Source: an uncultured Alphaproteobacteria bacterium
GTDB lineage: Bacteria; Pseudomonadota; Alphaproteobacteria; Methylaequorales; Methylaequoraceae
Assembly (NCBI GenBank): GCA_902540805.1
Contig: CACBON010000005.1
Location: 12,476 to 76,475, forward strand
Direction of reading: 5' to 3'
DNA: 64,000 nucleotides
Positions 56,534 through 64,000 of the stretch are shown in pieces; within the stretch, counting starts at the first letter, position 1; each line of letters begins with the position of its first letter. A program made the position numbers and the translations under genes. Under the pieces are notes generated by a model. That model saw only the letters and a program-made list of their open reading frames with translations, searched no databases and had not been told where the DNA came from.

Positions 56534-57296
56534 AAATTTTACCTTTAAATGATGTGCTTTCGGAAGCCATCTTTCTCTTTTCTATAATTCCAGATTTATA
56601 TCCTAACCTTCCTGAAATTATAGCTAATTTCATAGCATTGGCCATACTTATTGGATCTAGTGATCTTGCAACAGAGGAATTTAATAAAACACCATCAAAT
56701 CCCATTTCCATTATTTTGGCAGCATCACTTGGTTTACCAATACCAGCATCAATAAATATTTTTCCAGAGCACATTCTTCTAATAATCTCAAGATTATGTT
56801 CATTTCTTACTCCAAGTCCTGATCCGATTGGAGATATCAAAGGCATAACTATTTCACAGCCTAAATCCTCTAATCTTTTACAAAGAATTGGATCATCAGA
56901 GCAATATACAAAAACTCTAAATTTTTTTTTAACAAGGCTCTTACATGCATCAAACAACTCAATTGGGTCAGGTAATAGCATTTCTTTGTCACTAATTAAT
57001 TCAAGTTTTATCCAATTCGTTTGCAGAGTCTCTCGGGCTAATTCTGCGGTTAAAATTGCTTCTTTTTGAGTAAAACAACCCGCAGTATTAGGTAAAAAAG
57101 AATATTGTTTATTTAGTTGATCTAAAAAATTTGCTTTGGAAGATAAATTTATACGTCTTATTGCAACTGTGATTATTTGTGTTTCTGAAATTTCCAAGGA
57201 CTTATTCATAACATCTAAATTAGGATAGAGAGATGTACCCATAATCAAACGAGAATTAAATTTTTTTCCATCAATTACTAAATAATCTGATTTCAT
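56523..57296 (-). CDS. thiG: thiazole synthase
   Basis: It has LLPNTAGC, VMPL.SPIGSG and DAGIGKPSDA. The start is ATG 57296 (MKSDYLVIDGKKF), 4 nt after the thiS stop. Confidence 0.93.
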   Translation of the reverse strand: MKSDYLVIDGKKFNSRLIMGTSLYPNLDVMNKSLEISETQIITVAIRRINLSSKANFLDQLNKQYSFLPNTAGCFTQKEAILTAELARETLQTNWIKLELISDKEMLLPDPIELFDACKSLVKKKFRVFVYCSDDPILCKRLEDLGCEIVMPLISPIGSGLGVRNEHNLEIIRRMCSGKIFIDAGIGKPSDAAKIMEMGFDGVLLNSSVARSLDPISMANAMKLAIISGRLGYKSGIIEKRKMASESTSFKGKISNF

Positions 57297-57300
57297 AAAT

Positions 57301-57531
57301 TTATCCCCCAAAAAATGGAGCAACAATTTCAATTTTGTCTTGAAAGTTTATTTTTTTTTTTTTCCATTTACATCTCTCAATCAACTGATTGTTAACAGCT
57401 ACAGCAATTTTAGATTCATTCAGAATAGATTTGTCGAGAAAGTTTTCAATTAAATCCTCTAAACAAGGTTCTTTAAGTTCACAAATAAAATTCTTGCCAT
57501 TAATAAAGTATTTATTTTTTAAGTTCTTCAT
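57301..57531 (-). CDS. thiS: sulfur-carrier protein ThiS
   Basis: It is 76 aa, has a ubiquitin-like length and a C-terminal GG, and lies between thiO and thiG. Confidence 0.8.
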   Translation of the reverse strand: MKNLKNKYFINGKNFICELKEPCLEDLIENFLDKSILNESKIAVAVNNQLIERCKWKKKKINFQDKIEIVAPFFGG

Positions 57532-57553
57532 TATTGAATGATAAACTAAAAAA

Positions 57554-58648
57554 TTATAAATTAAATCTTTTAGGGGAAAAAAATTTGTGTTTTTTTGCTA
57601 CGTTTTTTTCAAATATATATTGTGAAATAATTTGTGAAGTAATCGGAGCTAATAAGATTCCATTCCTGTAGTGACCGAAATTACAAATAATATCTGGTGA
57701 AACTTCTTCTAATGGTCCAATAATTGGATTTCCGTCATAAACTGCTGGACGAAGACCTACTTTAATTTCATTTAAAGTTACATCCTCAAGTTTTGGTAAA
57801 GATTCCCACAATGAATTAGTTAAAAAAAACAATTCATCCATTTTTACAGAACTATCAAAACCTTTTTCTTCTTCTGTTGCACCAACAGCTAAAATTCCAT
57901 TTTCCCTCTGAGCAATATAAATATTTCTGAACCAAAGATTATTATTGAATTTTAATAATGGGGCTTTGAGTGTTAACGAAATTCCTTTAAGTGGTCTTGT
58001 AGGCAATTTAATTCCGAAAGAATTATATATTATTTCTTTACTCCAAACTCCACACGAAATAACAACCTTCTCAAAGCCAAAACTTTTATCATTAAATAAT
58101 ATTTTTTTTTTCTTTATGGTTAAACTTTTTATTGTCTTTTCATAAATTAATTCTCCTCCTAATCTTAAAACCTCTTTTATAAGAAAGTTCTTATAATGCA
58201 GAGGGTTTACTTGATTTTGTTTATCACAGAATAAGGAACCAACGATATTAGAGTTAAGATACGGCTCCTTCTTAAGGGTCTCAGTTTTTGATAGAATTTT
58301 AGAGTCATAGCCCAAAGTTTCAAAAAACTTTTTTTTAAATCTTAATTTTTCTTCATCGTCTTTGTTAAGCGCTATCATTAAAGAAGAATTATTTTGCAAT
58401 CCCACGATTTTAGAAAAATTCTTATTTTTTTGGAGTTTCTCCCAAATAATTTTAGATTCAATCATTAGATTAAAAAGTTTTCTTTCAAGGGGCTTAGCCT
58501 CTATTAGCGGTGCTAACATCCCAACTGAAGCGTCAGTGGATTTTGCTTTAATAGAGCTTGTGTCAAAAATTTTTACTTTTTTTCCTTTATTCAACAAGTC
58601 GTACCCTAAAGAGAGCCCAATAATACCTGCACCTAAAATTATGATCAT
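57554..58648 (-). CDS. thiO: FAD-dependent glycine oxidase ThiO
   Basis: It has the N-terminal GAGIIGLS dinucleotide fold, belongs to the DAO family and is in an operon with thiS-thiG. The start is ATG 58648. Confidence 0.8.
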   Translation of the reverse strand: MIIILGAGIIGLSLGYDLLNKGKKVKIFDTSSIKAKSTDASVGMLAPLIEAKPLERKLFNLMIESKIIWEKLQKNKNFSKIVGLQNNSSLMIALNKDDEEKLRFKKKFFETLGYDSKILSKTETLKKEPYLNSNIVGSLFCDKQNQVNPLHYKNFLIKEVLRLGGELIYEKTIKSLTIKKKKILFNDKSFGFEKVVISCGVWSKEIIYNSFGIKLPTRPLKGISLTLKAPLLKFNNNLWFRNIYIAQRENGILAVGATEEEKGFDSSVKMDELFFLTNSLWESLPKLEDVTLNEIKVGLRPAVYDGNPIIGPLEEVSPDIICNFGHYRNGILLAPITSQIISQYIFEKNVAKKHKFFSPKRFNL

Positions 58649-58701
58649 AAAAAACAATAAACTATAAATATTTTTATTTTAATTTATAATAACTTTATTA
58701 T

Positions 58702-59094
58702 ATGAGAATTAGAATGAGGAAATCAGAATTAAAATTTAAGCTATCAGAACTTGCATTTCAAGTTACTCAAAATGCTGCGACAGAACCACCTTTTACAGGA
58801 AAATTTTTCGATTTTTTTGAAGATGGTGTTTATAAATGTGTATGTTGTGATGCTGAATTATTTAGCTCTGAACACAAGTTTAATTCCTCTACCGGATGGC
58901 CTAGTTTTTATTCATGCATCAATGAGGATGTAATTGATGAGATTGATGACAATACATTTGGAATGAAAAGAATTGAAGTTGTTTGTTCTAATTGTAAAGC
59001 GCATCTTGGTCATGTGTTTGATGATGGACCAAAACCATCATCTAGAAGATACTGTATTAATTCAGTTGCATTGAGTTTTGTTAAAAATGATTGA
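58702..59094 (+). CDS. msrB: peptide-methionine (R)-S-oxide reductase
   Basis: It has two CxxC pairs (CVCC, CSNC), GWPSF and the catalytic block RYCINS. Confidence 0.93.
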   Translation: MRIRMRKSELKFKLSELAFQVTQNAATEPPFTGKFFDFFEDGVYKCVCCDAELFSSEHKFNSSTGWPSFYSCINEDVIDEIDDNTFGMKRIEVVCSNCKAHLGHVFDDGPKPSSRRYCINSVALSFVKND

Positions 59095-60385
59095 TTATTT
59101 AGAGAACTTTAAAAAAAGTTTAGATAAACTTAAATCCGAAGGAAACTACAGAGTTTTTGCTGATCTCGAAAAGTTAGCTGGAAATTTTCCTCAAGCTTTA
59201 AATTATAAAGACAACTCTGTATCAGAAGTTACAGTTTGGTGCAGCAACGATTACTTGGGAATGAGCCAAAATAAAGATGTTCTAGAGAGCATGACCAATG
59301 CTTTGAAAAAAGTAGGTGCTGGTTCTGGCGGAACAAGAAATATTTCTGGAACTAATCACTATCATGTTCTTTTGGAGAGAGAACTTTGTTATCTTCACCA
59401 AAAAGAGGCCGCGCTTTTATTTAATTCTGGATACTTAGCTAATCAAGCAACCTTATCAACGCTCGGAAAAAAAATTCCTGATTGTGTATTCTTTTCGGAT
59501 GAAAAAAATCATGCATCTATGATTCAGGGCATTAAAAACTCAGGTGCAAAAAAAGTAATCTTTAAACATAACAATTTAAACGATTTAGAAAAAAATCTAA
59601 AAAAGTTCCCAAAATCTCAGCCTAAAATAATTGCATTTGAATCTGTTTATTCAATGGACGGCGATTTTTCACCAATAGGGAGTATCTGCAGTTTGGCTAA
59701 AAAATATAATGCCTTAACTTTTTTGGACGAAGTTCACGCTGTAGGAATTTATGGAGAACGAGGCGCAGGAGTAGCTGAACGAGACAAAGTTATGGATCAA
59801 GTAGATATAATACAGGGAACTTTAGCAAAGGCTTTTGGAGTGATTGGTGGCTATATTACTGCAAAAAATGAAACAATTGATTTTGTGAGAAGTTTTTCCT
59901 CAGGATTCATTTTCACAACTTCTTTACCCCCTTGTATTGCTGCTGGTGCTTACGCATCTATCAGACATTTAAAGTTTTCTTCATCAGAAAGGGAAAAGTT
60001 GTTTAAAGTTGTAAGTGATCTAAAGAGCTTACTCAAAAAAAATAATATACCCTTTATAGACAACAATAGCCATATCATTCCAGTTATTATAGGTGATCCC
60101 ATACTTTGTAAAAAAGCAAGCCAAATGTTGCTTGATGATTTCCAAGTATACGTTCAACCAATAAACCATCCAACAGTACCCAGGGGAGAAGAACGATTAA
60201 GAATTACTGCCTCTCCACAACATACTCCAAAGATGATCAAAAAGCTTGTGATGGCTCTAAGTTCTGTTTATAAAAACCTACAAATCAAAAAATCAATACC
60301 CTTTCCTTTTAATAAAGAAGCTGTTGCATCTAATGCACCTAATCTGGCGCCCAGCGATATAAATGCACCCGTACCAGCACCATAA
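59087..60385 (+). CDS. hemA: 5-aminolevulinate synthase (C4 pathway) with atypical Ala/Pro-rich C-terminal tail
   Basis: It has NYRVFADLEK, VWCSNDYLGM and the PLP Lys region GTLAKAFG. ATG 59087 overlaps the msrB stop. The track start at 59078 is a TTG. Confidence 0.92.
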   Translation: MIDYLENFKKSLDKLKSEGNYRVFADLEKLAGNFPQALNYKDNSVSEVTVWCSNDYLGMSQNKDVLESMTNALKKVGAGSGGTRNISGTNHYHVLLERELCYLHQKEAALLFNSGYLANQATLSTLGKKIPDCVFFSDEKNHASMIQGIKNSGAKKVIFKHNNLNDLEKNLKKFPKSQPKIIAFESVYSMDGDFSPIGSICSLAKKYNALTFLDEVHAVGIYGERGAGVAERDKVMDQVDIIQGTLAKAFGVIGGYITAKNETIDFVRSFSSGFIFTTSLPPCIAAGAYASIRHLKFSSSEREKLFKVVSDLKSLLKKNNIPFIDNNSHIIPVIIGDPILCKKASQMLLDDFQVYVQPINHPTVPRGEERLRITASPQHTPKMIKKLVMALSSVYKNLQIKKSIPFPFNKEAVASNAPNLAPSDINAPVPAP

Positions 60386-60386
60386 T

Positions 60387-60956
60387 TTATGGCGATAGCA
60401 TTTTTCTTTGCCAAACTTTGTTTCTTAGAAAATAAATTTCGCGCTGATGCAATCGAAAATCACCTTGTTGCCAAAATTCAAATTCTTTTGGTTGTATTTT
60501 TATTCCAACCCAATAATCTGGTCTTGGAACATCGAAGCCCTTGAATTTTTTTTCAAACACTTTTTCTTTTTGTTTTAAGTGGCTAAATGACTTTATTTGA
60601 GAAGACTGATCAGATGCCCATGCGCCAATTTGGCTACCTCTTGGTCTTGAACTAAAATATTTGTCAGACGTTTTTTCGTCAACAATACTACCTTTTCCAA
60701 CAATCCTAATCTGCTTATGAATGGATTCCCAATAAAAACACATAGAAAGTTTCTTATTGTATTTAAAATGACTACCTTTGTTACTGTTTAAGTTTGTAAA
60801 GAATACAAAACCATCATCCAGAATTAGTTTTAAAAGAACCATACGTATGTGTGGTTGCCCATTACTTTCGGTTCCGAGAGCAAAGGCGGTATGATCGAAT
60901 GGATGGTTTTTTTTTGCAAGATTAAACCACATATTAAATTTTTTAAAAGGATTCAT
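60387..60956 (-). CDS. pdxH: pyridoxamine 5'-phosphate oxidase
   Basis: It has RMVLLK, SRPRGSQIGAWAS and EFWQQGDFRLH. The start ATG 60956 (MNPFKKF) aligns with the E. coli N-terminal region. The track's TTG start at 61007 is unlikely. Confidence 0.92.
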   Translation of the reverse strand: MNPFKKFNMWFNLAKKNHPFDHTAFALGTESNGQPHIRMVLLKLILDDGFVFFTNLNSNKGSHFKYNKKLSMCFYWESIHKQIRIVGKGSIVDEKTSDKYFSSRPRGSQIGAWASDQSSQIKSFSHLKQKEKVFEKKFKGFDVPRPDYWVGIKIQPKEFEFWQQGDFRLHQREIYFLRNKVWQRKMLSP

Positions 60957-61028
60957 TATATATTTTATGTTAGAAGTATTATATAAGGGTAAATAACTGT
61001 TAATCAATAAGTTTGCTAAGGATCAAAA

Positions 61029-61841
61029 ATGGACTCACTAATCAATTTAAATGGTAAAAAAGGCATTATTCTTGGAATAGCTAATGAAAAATCAATAGCA
61101 TGGGGAATTGCAGAAAAATTAAGTCAGTGTGGTGCAGATCTGGCATTTTCTTATGTTAATGAGTCTATAAAAAAGAGAGTTCTTCCACTAGCAGAAAAAT
61201 GTAAATCACAAATAGTTCTTGAATGCGATGTAACTTCTGATTCAAGCATTGATAATTTTTTTAAGGAATTATCAGGGATATGGGAGTCGTTTGATTTTCT
61301 TGTCCACTCAATTGCATTTTCGGACAAAAATCAATTAAAAGGCGACTATGTAAATACATCTAGAGACAATTTTATTAATACACTTGACGTATCTTGTTAT
61401 TCATTTACTGCTTTATGTCAAAGAGCTCAACATTTTATGAAGTCAGGAGGTCAAATATTAACACTTTCATATCTTGGTGCAGAGAGAGTAATGCCACATT
61501 ATAATGTAATGGGAATAGCAAAGGCAGCATTAGAAACTAGTGTAAAATACATGGCGGTTGATCTTGGTAAAAAAAACATAAGAGTTAACGCAATATCAGC
61601 TGGGCCTATAAAAACTCTTGCTGCGTCAGGAATTTCTGATTTCAGATACATATTAAAATGGAATGAATATAATTCACCATTAAAAAGAGTCACTTCAATA
61701 GATGAAGTTGGTAAAAATTCCTTGTACCTTTTATCAGATTTGTCATCAGGAGTAACCGGCGAAATTGTTCATGTAGACTGTGGGTACCATGTAGTTGGCA
61801 TGAAATCTGTTGATGCACCAGATATAACCGTAGAACGCTGA
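61029..61841 (+). CDS. fabI: enoyl-ACP reductase (NADH)
   Basis: It has [29 protein letters not shown] and ISAGPIKT. Confidence 0.95.
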   Translation: MDSLINLNGKKGIILGIANEKSIAWGIAEKLSQCGADLAFSYVNESIKKRVLPLAEKCKSQIVLECDVTSDSSIDNFFKELSGIWESFDFLVHSIAFSDKNQLKGDYVNTSRDNFINTLDVSCYSFTALCQRAQHFMKSGGQILTLSYLGAERVMPHYNVMGIAKAALETSVKYMAVDLGKKNIRVNAISAGPIKTLAASGISDFRYILKWNEYNSPLKRVTSIDEVGKNSLYLLSDLSSGVTGEIVHVDCGYHVVGMKSVDAPDITVER

Positions 61842-61843
61842 GC

Positions 61844-62914
61844 ATGACTGGAAGTTCAATTGGACAACTTTTTAAAGTAACTACTTGGGGCGAAAGCCAT
61901 GGCGAGGCCTTAGGATGTGTCGTAGAAGGTGTTCCTCCAAACTTAAAAATTGATGAAGAATATATACAAAGTTTTTTAGACAGAAGAAAACCTGGTCAGT
62001 CTAAATTTACAACACAACGAAAAGAAGATGACAGAGTGAAAATACTATCCGGTTTATTTAATAAAAAGACAACTGGCACACCAATATCAATGATTATTTA
62101 CAATTCTGATCAAAAATCAAAAGATTACAGTGATATAAAGAATAAATTTAGACCTGGTCATGCAGATTACACTTATCAAATGAAATACGGTATCCGAGAT
62201 TATCGTGGAGGAGGAAGAGCATCTGCGAGAGAAACAGCAATGCGAGTTGCTGCAGGGGCGATAGCACACAAGATTTTAGGAAAAAAAATTAAGATTAGAG
62301 GTGCTTTAATCCAAATAGGTGAAAAAAAAATAAATTTTAACAATTGGAACTGGAAAGAAGTCGAAAAGAATAACTTCTTTTGTCCTGACAAGAATATTTT
62401 AAATATCTGGGAAGATTATGTTATGAAAATACGAAAAGAAGGATCTTCAATAGGTGCAGTAATTCAAATTACTGCATCTGGAGTCCCGCCAGGTTTAGGA
62501 GAACCAGTTTTTTCAAAAATTGACGCCCTCTTGGCGCAAGGCATAATGAGTATTCCAGCAGTAAAAGGGGTTGAAATCGGAAATGGTTTTCAAAGTGCAG
62601 CATTAAGAGGTGAACAAAATGCTGATGAGATGAAATATCAAAACAATAAAGTTATATTCGAATCTAACAATTCTGGAGGAACACTTGGAGGAATTTCTTC
62701 TGGTCAGGATATTGTGGTAAAATTTGCAGTAAAACCTACTAGTTCAATTCTCAAAGAGAGAAAAACAGTAAATCTTGCTAATAAAAATACAATTGTTAAA
62801 ACAAAAGGAAGACATGATCCTTGTGTTGGTATAAGAGCAGTTCCTGTTGGTGAAGCTATGGTGGCAATTGTATTAGCAGATTTATTTTTATTGAACAAAA
62901 AAAACAAAATTTAA
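61844..62914 (+). CDS. aroC: chorismate synthase
   Basis: It has [24 protein letters not shown] and GRHDPCV. Confidence 0.96.
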   Translation: MTGSSIGQLFKVTTWGESHGEALGCVVEGVPPNLKIDEEYIQSFLDRRKPGQSKFTTQRKEDDRVKILSGLFNKKTTGTPISMIIYNSDQKSKDYSDIKNKFRPGHADYTYQMKYGIRDYRGGGRASARETAMRVAAGAIAHKILGKKIKIRGALIQIGEKKINFNNWNWKEVEKNNFFCPDKNILNIWEDYVMKIRKEGSSIGAVIQITASGVPPGLGEPVFSKIDALLAQGIMSIPAVKGVEIGNGFQSAALRGEQNADEMKYQNNKVIFESNNSGGTLGGISSGQDIVVKFAVKPTSSILKERKTVNLANKNTIVKTKGRHDPCVGIRAVPVGEAMVAIVLADLFLLNKKNKI

Positions 62915-63675
62915 TTTTTAACATATATAAAAAATTCTTTATTACCCTTTTGACCTGTGATCGGACTATCAATAATATTTAAATGTTCGTAATCAAAATT
63001 CTGTCTGAACCAAAAAATTAATTCTTCACAAATCCTTTTATGAATTCTTGAATCTTTGATAATACCACCTCGACCTACTTCATTTTTTTTTGCTTCAAAC
63101 TGTGGTTTTATCAAGCTTAATATTTCAAATTTTCTATTCAATAATTTCTTTACAGGTAAAAGTACTTTTTTTAAAGAAATAAAACTCACATCGCATACAA
63201 CCAAATCCACTGATTCTGGAATAGTATTAGTATCGAGCTCTCTTGCATTAGTTCTTTCGAATAAAATAACCTTTTCAGAATTTCTTAAACGCCAGTCAAG
63301 TTGGCCATAACCAACATCAACTGCATACACTTTTTTTACTCCCATTTTTATGAGAACATCTGTAAATCCACCCGTTGAGCAACCAATATCAAGGGAAATC
63401 TTTTTACTTACATTAATGTCAAATTTTTTTAATGCATGACTTAATTTTATACCACCTCGAGAAACCCATTGATTTTTATCCTTTTTAAGTTCAATTGTTT
63501 TATTACACCTTAAAATTTTTCCAGGTTTTAGTACTTTTTCATTGTCAACAAATACTTTTCCTGAAATTATTAATGCCAAAGCTTGATTCCGAGACTCAAC
63601 CAATTCTAACTCTTTAAGAATATAGTCAATTCTTTGTTTGTCTAAATTTTCTGGGACGACTTTACGAATTAACAT
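62911..63675 (-). CDS. tlyA: TlyA-family 2'-O-ribose rRNA methyltransferase (S4 + FtsJ domains)
   Basis: It has the S4-like N-terminus [18 protein letters not shown], then RGGIKL and [11 protein letters not shown]. Confidence 0.88.
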   Translation of the reverse strand: MLIRKVVPENLDKQRIDYILKELELVESRNQALALIISGKVFVDNEKVLKPGKILRCNKTIELKKDKNQWVSRGGIKLSHALKKFDINVSKKISLDIGCSTGGFTDVLIKMGVKKVYAVDVGYGQLDWRLRNSEKVILFERTNARELDTNTIPESVDLVVCDVSFISLKKVLLPVKKLLNRKFEILSLIKPQFEAKKNEVGRGGIIKDSRIHKRICEELIFWFRQNFDYEHLNIIDSPITGQKGNKEFFIYVKN

Positions 63676-64000
63676 TCAATTATTTCTCGAAATTACAAAG
63701 TTGGTTAAATCTATAATTCTGTTTGCTTTTTTCCCATAAGATTTCAAAATTTGTTTTGAATTGTGTATCAAATCCTCTGACTTTTTTTTTGCATCTTCTT
63801 TTCCTAAAAAAGAAATTAAAGTTTCTTTACCCCTTGACAAATCTTTCTTAGTTTTTTTTCCCATTTGTTTTTCGTCACCTTCTATATCTAGTAAATCGTC
63901 TTTAATCTGAAATGCTAAACCTAGATTGTTTGCAAATTCTTCAAAATGCTTCAGATTTTTTTGTTCAGAAAGAATTGGACCTGCAACACAAGAAAATCTG
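63676..64000 (-). CDS. ispA: (2E,6E)-farnesyl/geranylgeranyl diphosphate synthase, C-terminal part; 5' end outside the window
   Basis: By hand translation the frame is open from 63864 to the window edge. It contains the second aspartate-rich motif GLAFQIKDDLLDIEGD and GKKTKKDLSRGK. Confidence 0.85.
   Translation of the reverse strand, partial: RFSCVAGPILSEQKNLKHFEEFANNLGLAFQIKDDLLDIEGDEKQMGKKTKKDLSRGKETLISFLGKEDAKKKSEDLIHNSKQILKSYGKKANRIIDLTNFVISRNN

Noticed and set aside
1-64000. CRISPR arrays, rRNA genes, insertion sequences, toxin-antitoxin pairs, restriction-modification systems or other defence systems.
   Set aside because: I saw no repeat-spacer periodicity, no transposase, integrase, nuclease or methylase-type ORFs, and no rRNA-like G/C-rich conserved stretches. 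Every ORF longer than 100 aa is accounted for by housekeeping or envelope functions.

Overview
This is a very AT-rich, tightly packed chromosomal segment with about 70 protein genes and one tRNA. Intergenic DNA is almost absent and many start and stop codons overlap. Gene content and order point to a streamlined free-living alphaproteobacterium, probably SAR11/Pelagibacterales-like. That placement is an inference from ALA synthase hemA, an NDUFA12-like gene beside a DUF2155 gene, a Zn-finger HscB, and the aroQ-accB-accC-aat order. Nearly everything is core housekeeping. It includes a complete ISC Fe-S cluster operon (cysE-iscS-iscU-iscA-hscB-hscA-fdx-iscX-mnmA) and cell-wall genes (ponA, an amidase, anmK). 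It also includes prfB, rne, tyrS, clpSA, accBC, aroQ/aroC, fabI, thiOSG, folE/hisI, fhs, pyrE, pdxH, hemA, msrB and a galU-ugd-pgm nucleotide-sugar operon. I saw no rRNA, CRISPR array, transposase, integrase, prophage gene or recognisable defence system, and no compelling new multi-gene system. The points most worth a second look are listed here. (1) An orphan ORF matches only the C-terminal third of a class II (B12) ribonucleotide reductase and is tightly coupled to RidA-like and DUF482/FemAB-like genes. (2) prfB has a programmed +1 frameshift on a non-canonical GUU-UGA slip site; the ORF track missed its 23-codon first frame. (3) A stand-alone FwdA/FhcA-like amidohydrolase has no partner subunits. 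(4) Five co-directional exported or outer-membrane genes of unknown function lie next to a tRNA(CAU). (5) All 12 convergent gene junctions in the window have 8 bp or less between stop codons, and 9 overlap. (6) A 17-nt poly(A) tract sits inside galU. (7) hemA carries a G+C-rich Ala/Pro tail with an alternative antisense small-ORF reading. Gene functions are assigned from motifs I recognise in the translations. No database search was run.
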